From: Bacilli bacterium
GTDB lineage: Bacteria > Bacillota_I > Bacilli_A > RFN20 > CAG-826
NCBI GenBank assembly: GCA_017477255.1
Contig: JAFUXB010000002.1
Span: forward strand, 182,474-246,473
Direction of reading: 5' to 3'
Length of the DNA stretch: 64,000 bases
Shown: positions 56,593 through 64,000 of the stretch, piece after piece
How the letters are laid out: each line of letters starts with the position of its first letter
Position numbering within the stretch: position 1 is the stretch's first letter
Program-made: the position numbers and the translations under genes
Notes under the pieces: generated by a model
Databases searched by the model: none
Seen by the model: only the letters and a program-made list of their open reading frames with translations
Told to the model about the DNA's origin: nothing

Positions 56593-58718
56593 AATTTTTC
56601 TCCTTTTATTTCTAAATTGTTGAAAGCACCGCTTGCATGATTATTATAAATTCCTATTTTTCCTTCTCTAATGTGACCTAAAGCATCATAAGAGTAGATT
56701 AATTCATCATTAATAAAGAATTTAAATAAATCGCTTTCTTTCTTAATTTTTAAATTAACGATACCTTCATATTTATTTTTAAATTTAGCTAAAGTAATTG
56801 TTTGATAATACTTTGCTAAATTAATAAATACATGTTCAGAATTTAATACAAATTGAATACCAATCATTGAATATGGTCCTTCAAATTGATTATCTTTTCC
56901 ATAATGTTTAATACTTGCAATTAAACCTACAAAATCAATATCTTCTATAGCTTTTCCAAAAAGTTTAACATCAGTACTAACTTCATAATTAAAATATTCT
57001 TCTTTAGTTAAAATTGCATTTCTATCATTTTCAAAATGAATTCCAATATTAGCTAAATTATAACGATGTAATACATCAAATTCGCTTAAAGAAGATAAAT
57101 CTTTAACATTTAATTTTAAATCTTTTCCGTTAAAATCTCTTTTAAGTAAGCTAATTGATTTAACATTTTTAGTTTTTAAAGTAACTAATTCAAATAATCC
57201 TTTTTTAAGATTAAAGGATTTAACTGTAGTTAATTTATTTTTATTTTTTAAAGTTATAACTTCTTTTTTAATAGTTCCATCTTCATCAATAAAAGTAAAA
57301 TAAGCGGACTTTGCAGCGTTTTCGATAACTAAATCATAAATTCCATCTTCTTCAACTATAAATTTATTAACATGTTTTTTAGCACAAGGTACTGCTTTTT
57401 TATAATTAGCTACTTCTAAATCGCTACTTCCAAAAGCATAGTTGCTACAGGCAATATAAGCTTTTACTAGTTCATTATTAAAATAACCAAAATAGCCTTT
57501 ATTTAAATTAATTTTAAGATCATATTCAAGTTCAACATTATCTAAATAAATAGCCATTTTACCCTTTGAATATTGAATTCTTAGATTATGTAAAACATCT
57601 AATCTATATTTATAATTGAGTAATCTTTCAAAAATTAATGTGTTTTTACCATCTTTATGATCAAATAAACTTAATTTGTTTTCGCTTAATTTAAAATATT
57701 TATAGTTTCCATTAACTTTTTCTAAAAATAATTTTGCTTCTTTTCCTTTAAAGTTATATTCAATACTAAATTCTTTATTATTTTTAGTAGTTTTAGAAGA
57801 AATATAATCTTTGCTAGTTCCAAAATCTTCATAGTAAGGTCTAGAAATTACTAAATTATTATTTAATTTAGGTCCATTAACCCACATTTCACCATAATTA
57901 TTAAATAATAACCTTGATATATTAAAATTTCTAACTCCACTAGGAGTCATGTTGTGATAGCAAATATAATATGAATCTAAATCTGGACCTAAAATGTTCA
58001 TTGAATGTCCAAGTCCATAAAAATCTTTTGAAGTTTCAAGTAAAATAATATCTTTATAATGCAAATCTTCTTCTTTTAAAGATTTGCCACTACAATATTC
58101 CACTCTATAAGCATTAGATAAAAAATGAGTTCCAGTAAAAGTTAGATAATATGTACCATATCTTTTAAATAAATGTGGTCCTTCATTCCATCTTCCAACC
58201 TTGGCTTCTTTATAGGTTAATTCATTTAAAAAGTATGCAAAATCCCCTTCTTTTTTAAGATTTCTATCTACTTCTTTAATTGTAATTCCTGTTTCACTAG
58301 CTCTAGTAAAATAAACTTTTTCATCAGAATCGACAAATATTGATCCATCGATCATCTCATGAAAATTTTCACTTACGAGTTTAAATGGTCCTTCAATATT
58401 ATCTGAAGTAAATAAATAATGACCATTTCCACTAGGTGAACAAACTAAATAAAATTTCCCATTAATATAATTAATTTCTGGAGCATACCCATGGGCAGGA
58501 AAATCAGCGTTTTCGCTGATTTTTCCTGTTCCATTTACTTTTTCAAAATGTAATAAATCAAAAGATTTATAAAGCATTAAGCCACTTGGTGCAGTAAAAG
58601 TTAAATAATAAAAACCATTAACCTTTATTAGAAAAGGATCAGCTGAACCACATTCACTATCGATAAATTCTTTAGTAAATGAGTTATTATATGGTTTAAC
58701 TTTTACTTTTAAAGGCAT
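56589..58718 (-). CDS. cytoplasmic GH43 glycoside hydrolase with C-terminal accessory domains
   Basis: 709 aa with no signal peptide. SADPFLIKVNGFYYLTFTAPSG and YAPEINYINGKFYLVCS. Confidence 0.75.
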   Translation of the reverse strand: MPLKVKVKPYNNSFTKEFIDSECGSADPFLIKVNGFYYLTFTAPSGLMLYKSFDLLHFEKVNGTGKISENADFPAHGYAPEINYINGKFYLVCSPSGNGHYLFTSDNIEGPFKLVSENFHEMIDGSIFVDSDEKVYFTRASETGITIKEVDRNLKKEGDFAYFLNELTYKEAKVGRWNEGPHLFKRYGTYYLTFTGTHFLSNAYRVEYCSGKSLKEEDLHYKDIILLETSKDFYGLGHSMNILGPDLDSYYICYHNMTPSGVRNFNISRLLFNNYGEMWVNGPKLNNNLVISRPYYEDFGTSKDYISSKTTKNNKEFSIEYNFKGKEAKLFLEKVNGNYKYFKLSENKLSLFDHKDGKNTLIFERLLNYKYRLDVLHNLRIQYSKGKMAIYLDNVELEYDLKINLNKGYFGYFNNELVKAYIACSNYAFGSSDLEVANYKKAVPCAKKHVNKFIVEEDGIYDLVIENAAKSAYFTFIDEDGTIKKEVITLKNKNKLTTVKSFNLKKGLFELVTLKTKNVKSISLLKRDFNGKDLKLNVKDLSSLSEFDVLHRYNLANIGIHFENDRNAILTKEEYFNYEVSTDVKLFGKAIEDIDFVGLIASIKHYGKDNQFEGPYSMIGIQFVLNSEHVFINLAKYYQTITLAKFKNKYEGIVNLKIKKESDLFKFFINDELIYSYDALGHIREGKIGIYNNHASGAFNNLEIKGEKL

Positions 58719-58720
58719 AA

Positions 58721-61123
58721 TTATTTAATTCTTTCTCCTGAAATTGGGTCAAAGATTAAAACGCTTTCTTTATTTAATACGAGCTTAACTTCTTCATGGG
58801 ATTTAACAATAGTAGTTGCAGGTATTTTAGCGATTAAATCAATATTATTGTATTCAGCGTGAATAAGTAATTCACCACCTAAAAGTTCAACAACGTTAGG
58901 TGTAATTACGAATGGTTTACTCTTTGAAGGTTTTGTATATTCGCTATCAAGGTGAATATGTTCTGGTCTAATACCAACTTTAACAGTATGTGGACCTTTA
59001 AGAGCTTCTTCATAACTCTTAAGCATTCCTTCAAGTAAAATCTTAGTTTCACGAGGATCAATAGCTTTATGTTTTTTAACTTTTTTAACTTTTTTACCAA
59101 CTTTTGTTTTCTTACCAAAAGTCATAACAGCTTGTGATTTAACATCTCCTTCAATATATGATTGAGCACTGTAAATCTTACTTAAATCTGCTTCAGTAAT
59201 AGTTAAAATGTTATTTAATGTTTCATGAGCTAATTCAAGTGAAGGAAGCAAAGTTTCAGTTCCTAAAGCTTCTTTAACTTCTTTTAAACTTGCGATAATT
59301 TCTTCTTTATTTTCTTTTTTGTGATCTTCAAATAAAGCAATTAATCTATCAAGTTGAGCTTCAACATAATTTTCTTTTGAAACATCTAAGTCAAATTCTT
59401 CATTTGCTACTGCTTTATTAAATTCTTCAACAAGTTGAGCTTTAGTTGATGAAACAAATTCTTCTCCAACATAAGGAATAACAAGTTCATTAATTTCATC
59501 AAGTTTAGTTTCAACTGCTTCTAAAACTCTAGCTTTAATTAATGAATTTAATTCAGCAATCTTAGTTTTAATTAATTGTTTGAATTCATGTTTATTAGCA
59601 ATTTCTGCTCCATCTAAATAAGCATAAATTTCAACTTCTAAAGATGATACTAAATGATGTAATCTTTCAAATTCTGATTTTGCAATTTCAGCACCTAATT
59701 TACTAACTTCAACTCTATTAGCTTTTAAAGCTTTATAAAGAGGTTCAAAAACTCTAATTGCTTGGAACTCTCTTTCATTATCTAAAAGATTAATTAATCT
59801 AGTTGTTTCTTCTACTTTTCTTTCATAGAAAGCTTTATCTTTTTCTTTGAAGTCTTTTGGTAAATCAACACTAAATCCATCACTTAATGTAACTTCATTT
59901 TTATCTAAAGTTCCATCAAAGATATTCATTGCAGGTGAACCAATAAATGTAGCAACGAATAAGTTAGCTGGGTCACTATAAACTTCATGTGGAGTTCCAA
60001 CTTGTTGGACCCAACCTTTTGACATAACTACGATTCTAGTAGCCATAGTCATAGCTTCAGTTTGGTCGTGAGTAACATAAATTGTAGTTGCACCGATGTG
60101 TTCGTGAATTCTAACAATTTCTGATCTCATTAAAACTCTTAATTTAGCATCAAGGTTACTTAAAGGTTCATCCATTAAGAAGACTTTTGCGTTTCTAACA
60201 ATAGCTCTACCTAAAGCAACTCTTTGCATTTGACCACCTGATAATTCTTTTGGAAGTCTATCAAGATATGGTCCAAGGTCTAAGATACGTGCTGCATCAA
60301 AGACTTTTCTTCTAATTTCTTCTTTACTTAAACGTTCATTAACAAATACTGGTTCTCCATTTAATGATAATTCATAATTTTCATTAAATTCATATCCAGC
60401 AGCTGTTAATTTTTGTTCTTCTACACTTAATTTTGAATCTAAATCAACTGTAAAGTTTTCTTTATTAGCATTGATGTAATCTAAAGCGATTTCTATTGAA
60501 TTATGAGGAATATTTAAAGAAAGTAATACTTTAGATGCTTCATCACTAATATTTAATAAAGTTGAGATATATTCATGTGGTTTACCAAAGCTAACTGTTT
60601 TATCAAAACCTTCAACGATGGCTCTAGCTAAAAGTTCAGGATTTTCAAAAGCTTTAATTGCTAATTTATAACCTAAAGCTTCTTTTCCTACTTTTCTTTT
60701 AGTGTATTTTCTAATTTTTAATGGGAAAGCGATATTTTCATAAACGCTCATTTGTGGATAAAGGGCATAACTTTGGAAAACCATTGAAATGTCTCTTGAT
60801 TTTGATGGTAAATAATTAGATAAAACCTTATCAATATATAAATATCCACTACTAATTTCTTCAAGTCCTGCGACCATTCTAAGTGTAGTTGATTTACCAC
60901 AGCCAGATGGACCAACAAGTACGATAAAGTCATGTTTATTAATATCTAAATTAAAATCATAAACTGCTTGTACTCCGTTAGGATAAACTTTGTTAATTCC
61001 TTGTAAACTAACAAATGAGTCTACATCGCCGTTTTGGACTTTATAATTATGTTCTTTTAATATTTTATTGGCTTCAGCAGCGTTTTTTACTACTTGATTG
61101 CCATCAGCATAACCATTTTCCAT
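58721..61123 (-). CDS. MsmK/MalK-type sugar ABC transporter ATPase with two large insertions (800 aa)
   Basis: Walker A LVGPSGCGKST. Q-loop MVFQSYALYP. Signature LSGGQMQRVALGRAI. Walker B VFLMDEPLSNLD. H-loop YVTHDQ. An insert of about 170 aa lies between the Q-loop and the signature, and a long coiled-coil insert lies in the C-terminal regulatory domain. Confidence 0.85.
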   Translation of the reverse strand: MENGYADGNQVVKNAAEANKILKEHNYKVQNGDVDSFVSLQGINKVYPNGVQAVYDFNLDINKHDFIVLVGPSGCGKSTTLRMVAGLEEISSGYLYIDKVLSNYLPSKSRDISMVFQSYALYPQMSVYENIAFPLKIRKYTKRKVGKEALGYKLAIKAFENPELLARAIVEGFDKTVSFGKPHEYISTLLNISDEASKVLLSLNIPHNSIEIALDYINANKENFTVDLDSKLSVEEQKLTAAGYEFNENYELSLNGEPVFVNERLSKEEIRRKVFDAARILDLGPYLDRLPKELSGGQMQRVALGRAIVRNAKVFLMDEPLSNLDAKLRVLMRSEIVRIHEHIGATTIYVTHDQTEAMTMATRIVVMSKGWVQQVGTPHEVYSDPANLFVATFIGSPAMNIFDGTLDKNEVTLSDGFSVDLPKDFKEKDKAFYERKVEETTRLINLLDNEREFQAIRVFEPLYKALKANRVEVSKLGAEIAKSEFERLHHLVSSLEVEIYAYLDGAEIANKHEFKQLIKTKIAELNSLIKARVLEAVETKLDEINELVIPYVGEEFVSSTKAQLVEEFNKAVANEEFDLDVSKENYVEAQLDRLIALFEDHKKENKEEIIASLKEVKEALGTETLLPSLELAHETLNNILTITEADLSKIYSAQSYIEGDVKSQAVMTFGKKTKVGKKVKKVKKHKAIDPRETKILLEGMLKSYEEALKGPHTVKVGIRPEHIHLDSEYTKPSKSKPFVITPNVVELLGGELLIHAEYNNIDLIAKIPATTIVKSHEEVKLVLNKESVLIFDPISGERIK

Positions 61124-61137
61124 ATATTTTCTCCTAA

Positions 61138-62109
61138 TTAACGTTTAACACCTGCACTTGCCATACCTTCGACAATCTTATTAGCTGCGAATAAATAGAC
61201 AATTAAGACAGGAACAATACATATGACACCACCGGCTAAAGAAACACCAATTGTATTTGATGATCTAAATTTACCTAACAAGTATGCCATACCAACTTGA
61301 AGTGTCCAGAGGTCTTTTCTTTTAACGTCTGCTCCATAAAGCATTTGTGGCCAAATAAGATCATTCCAGCCACCCATAAATCCAAATAATCCTTGAACGA
61401 GCAAGACAGTTTTTCCAAGTGGTAATACGATTTTAAAGAAGATTTTAAAATCACTATAACCATCCATTTTTGCAGATTCAATGAGGTCTTTTGGAATTCC
61501 AGAGAAGAATGTTTTAATTAAATACATTCCATAAACTCCACCAATACCAGGTAAAATAAGACCAACTAATGGCACTTTATTCCATTTAAGTCCAAATATT
61601 GTAGTTTGATTACCAAGTGTAGTTGCTGCACCAGGAATAACCATTGTAAAGATTAAGAAAGTAAATAAAACATTTCTATATTTGAAATCTAAGAAAGTAA
61701 ATGCATAGGCAGCAAAAGCAGCAACTAAAACGTGAATAATAGTTCCACCAATTGCGACGCCGCATGAATTTAAAATCCAAGGTACTAAATCTCTCCAAGT
61801 AACACCTGTAGTAATGTGTTGTTCACTAGTTTCAGGATATTTACCAAGTAAAATAATTTCATAGCTTTCAAAACTATATCCACTATGAGGATAAAGAATT
61901 TCTTTAGGATATAGCATTGCATCAGTTTGGTTTCTTAAACTTACTGTAAATAAGAAGATAAATGGTGAAATCCAAATGATACAGAAAACTGTAAGTATAA
62001 TAAACGAAACTAATTTTCCAACTGGAAAACTAATCATTGTTCTTTGTTTTTTTGCGTTTCTTGAAGGTAAACGAAGCTCATGTAATTTTACTGTACTACT
62101 CTGATCCAT
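61138..62109 (-). CDS. sugar ABC transporter permease (MalG-like)
   Basis: 323 aa. EAA-loop ESAKMDGYSDFKIFFKIVLP. 6 TM helices. Confidence 0.8.
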   Translation of the reverse strand: MDQSSTVKLHELRLPSRNAKKQRTMISFPVGKLVSFIILTVFCIIWISPFIFLFTVSLRNQTDAMLYPKEILYPHSGYSFESYEIILLGKYPETSEQHITTGVTWRDLVPWILNSCGVAIGGTIIHVLVAAFAAYAFTFLDFKYRNVLFTFLIFTMVIPGAATTLGNQTTIFGLKWNKVPLVGLILPGIGGVYGMYLIKTFFSGIPKDLIESAKMDGYSDFKIFFKIVLPLGKTVLLVQGLFGFMGGWNDLIWPQMLYGADVKRKDLWTLQVGMAYLLGKFRSSNTIGVSLAGGVICIVPVLIVYLFAANKIVEGMASAGVKR

Positions 62110-63197
62110 TTTGAATACCTCTCAGAAATTATTGTTCCAGATTTTTTATCTCTGGATAAGAATTGTTGAATACCAGTTAAGATACCAACTAAGATGGCAT
62201 AGATAATACTTGCAGCACTTGCTAAACCATAGAATTTAGCTTGCATTGTTGTATTACTACCATCAACGATTGCTTGAATAAAATAAATTAATGTTGATGT
62301 TTCACCATATGCTGGGGCACTAATTAATAATTTATCCATATATGGCCCACCACCAATAAGAGTGTAGTTTTGACCATAAAGTCCCATATAACCAATAATT
62401 GTTGTAAATGTACAAAGGACTAATTGACCTTTAATGTTAGGAAGTGTGACGTGTAATATTTTGTTCCATCTATTACATCCATCAACGCTACTTGCTTCAT
62501 ATAATGATTTAGGAACGTTTTCAAGTCCTGCACTAAAGATAATGAAGTTGCCTCCCCAGCCTCCCCAGAAACACATAAAGAATATAGGGATCCAAGCATA
62601 AACGATAGGTACATTAATAGGACCTACTTTAAATGAAAACCAGACAGAATCCTGGAAGAATTTAATATTATCAAAGAAAGAACCAGGGAATAATGTTGCC
62701 AAAATTCCTGATGCCGCTGCCGGGTTAAATAACATAACAAATATTGCACCCGAACATGCAAGTGGAACAATAGCAGGCATATAGACTAAACATCTAAAAA
62801 TCTTATATCCTGGAGGTTTTAAGTTAATTAAAATAGCTAATGCTAAAGGAACAATAATTGCGATTGGAACCATAATAACAACGAAAATTATAGTGTGTAT
62901 AAATGCTTTCCAATATGAATCAAAAAATGGTGAGAATTTTGTTCCTTTTATAACATAATTTCTATTAAATAATATAGCATACCATTGGAATCCAACCATT
63001 TTAGTCTCACCTGGTTTACTAAGGTTAAAGTTAGTAAATGAGATGTAGATACCATAAAATAATGGATAAATGAAAAATACTATAAATCCAATAAGGAAAG
63101 GCGCTAAAAATAATAGCGCCAATCCATATTTTTTTAAACCGCCAACTGTTCTTTCTCTTCTTCTATAAAATTCTTGTAATGTTAATTCAGTACTCAT
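62088..63197 (-). CDS. sugar ABC transporter permease (MalF-like)
   Basis: 369 aa. EAA-loop EASSVDGCNRWNKILHVTLP. Overlaps 61138..62109 by 22 nt. Confidence 0.8.
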   Translation of the reverse strand: MSTELTLQEFYRRRERTVGGLKKYGLALLFLAPFLIGFIVFFIYPLFYGIYISFTNFNLSKPGETKMVGFQWYAILFNRNYVIKGTKFSPFFDSYWKAFIHTIIFVVIMVPIAIIVPLALAILINLKPPGYKIFRCLVYMPAIVPLACSGAIFVMLFNPAAASGILATLFPGSFFDNIKFFQDSVWFSFKVGPINVPIVYAWIPIFFMCFWGGWGGNFIIFSAGLENVPKSLYEASSVDGCNRWNKILHVTLPNIKGQLVLCTFTTIIGYMGLYGQNYTLIGGGPYMDKLLISAPAYGETSTLIYFIQAIVDGSNTTMQAKFYGLASAASIIYAILVGILTGIQQFLSRDKKSGTIISERYSKWIRVVQ

Positions 63198-63241
63198 TAT
63201 TAACTATACATCCTTTATAAAATTAGAAATTAAAGAGAAAA

Positions 63242-64000
63242 TTAATCTTCTAAGAATTTTAATTGATCAATTGCGAGTTGTAATCCTTCAGCACCAGTGT
63301 TGATGAGTTCTCTAGCTTTTGCTTCTGTACATCCATCACCAAGCATTGCGCTTTGAACTGAAAGGATAACACTTTGGAATCCATTAAATACAGTATCTTG
63401 ATAAGTTAATGGTTCTCCACCAATAATATCTTCTGGATTTCCAATACCTCTTAAAGTTGCACTAGCAGCTTCAACTTTTTTATAGCTTTCTGATTCATAG
63501 ACTTCTTTCCAAGCTGGAACGTGTCCTGAAGTTGCCCAAGTAGCTAAGTTATATTCACCATTAGTTTGTTCAAGAGCAAACCATTTAGCATATTCTAAAA
63601 CAGCAGCTACCATTGATAATTTTACTTTTGATTTGTTAATTAAAGCGATTGAGTGACCTAAACCATACCATGAATGAGCAGTTTCTAAACCTTCATTTTC
63701 AGGATTAGTCCACCAACCGATTGGGTGTGAAGCAGTTAATGGTCTTGAATAAACTGGATCATTTGCTTCTTCTTGAGTAATATGTAAACCTTCATTAGCT
63801 GATCTAAGTTCAGTATTATTGAAGTTTGGTTCATAGTTACTTGCTGACCACCATGGTCCTTCTGAGAACATAACTGTATCTCCAGTACCAAATAAGGCGG
63901 TGTTAGTTCCATCAATAATTCTTCCTGCGTTGAAGTTATTAACTTCATCTACAACATAGTTAACAAAACCACTATTTTCTTGGAATGTAATTCTTTCTTG
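63242..64000 (-). CDS. extracellular solute-binding protein (family 1), 5' end beyond window
   Basis: The frame of ORF 63242..63871 stays open upstream to position 64000 (manual translation QERITFQENSGFVNYVVDEVNNFNAGRIIDGTNTALFGTGDTVMFSEGPWW...). Adjacent to the two permeases and the ATPase. Confidence 0.7.
   Translation of the reverse strand, partial: QERITFQENSGFVNYVVDEVNNFNAGRIIDGTNTALFGTGDTVMFSEGPWWSASNYEPNFNNTELRSANEGLHITQEEANDPVYSRPLTASHPIGWWTNPENEGLETAHSWYGLGHSIALINKSKVKLSMVAAVLEYAKWFALEQTNGEYNLATWATSGHVPAWKEVYESESYKKVEAASATLRGIGNPEDIIGGEPLTYQDTVFNGFQSVILSVQSAMLGDGCTEAKARELINTGAEGLQLAIDQLKFLED

Noticed and set aside
1-64000. Possibility that this is a Mycoplasma-type genome using UGA=Trp, so that the ORF calls would be wrong
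   Set aside because: Trp is encoded by TGG in the ORFs (for example KGWKG at 60-120). ORFs of more than 1000 codons are uninterrupted under the standard code. TGA coincides with gene ends that have RBS-bearing downstream starts, so the standard code 11 fits.

Overview
This is a low-GC window (about 27% GC by eye) that uses the standard genetic code: Trp is TGG, and long ORFs contain TGG codons with no TGA read-through needed. Almost every gene lies on the minus strand, and many products carry lipoprotein signal peptides (lipobox Cys). The lineage looks like a low-GC Firmicute or an Acholeplasma-like mollicute, held at low confidence. I found no rRNA, tRNA or CRISPR.

The window splits into two parts.

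(A) 1-50 kb is an accessory surface and defence island. Its most unusual content is an ER/archaeal-type (SipW/Sec11-like) signal peptidase at 37978-39198, together with four TasA/camelysin-like proteins that carry SipW-cognate-type signal peptides (motif G-F-S/A-T/N-W). Two of these proteins are translationally coupled to paralogous giant secreted proteins of 1125 and 1181 aa. Each giant has a related ASW signal peptide, a beta-helix or Gly-rich region, Flg_new and Big_2 domains, and a C-terminal Hint (bacterial intein-like) autoprocessing domain. No immunity gene follows either giant.

The island also holds:
- an AAA_21-type ATPase plus an RloB-like (Toprim-like) two-gene OLD/PARIS-like putative defence module, bracketed by 91-bp direct repeats that contain a terminator;
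- a McrB-family AAA+ GTPase that is unusually membrane-anchored by an N-terminal 4-TM domain;
- a receiver (REC) domain fused to an ABC ATPase, with its permease;
- a NERD-domain gene;
- a tandemly duplicated lipoprotein cassette with a decayed gene remnant;
- a CotH-like lipoprotein, and a lipase-like domain fused to a polytopic membrane domain.

The 500-bp leader of the first TasA-like/giant operon is densely structured. It contains palindromic operator-like repeats, a (GA)9 microsatellite, a hairpin, and an inverted-repeat-flanked 24-nt motif. That same 24-nt motif occurs in the opposite orientation upstream of the second operon.

(B) 50-64 kb is an arabinoxylan/arabinan utilisation cluster with conventional genes. 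It contains four GH43 genes (three lipoproteins, one cytoplasmic), an MsmK/MalK-like ABC ATPase with large insertions, two sugar ABC permeases, and a partial solute-binding protein gene. A GH127-like hydrolase with an ArsR-type regulator sits separately at 14.8-18.4 kb.
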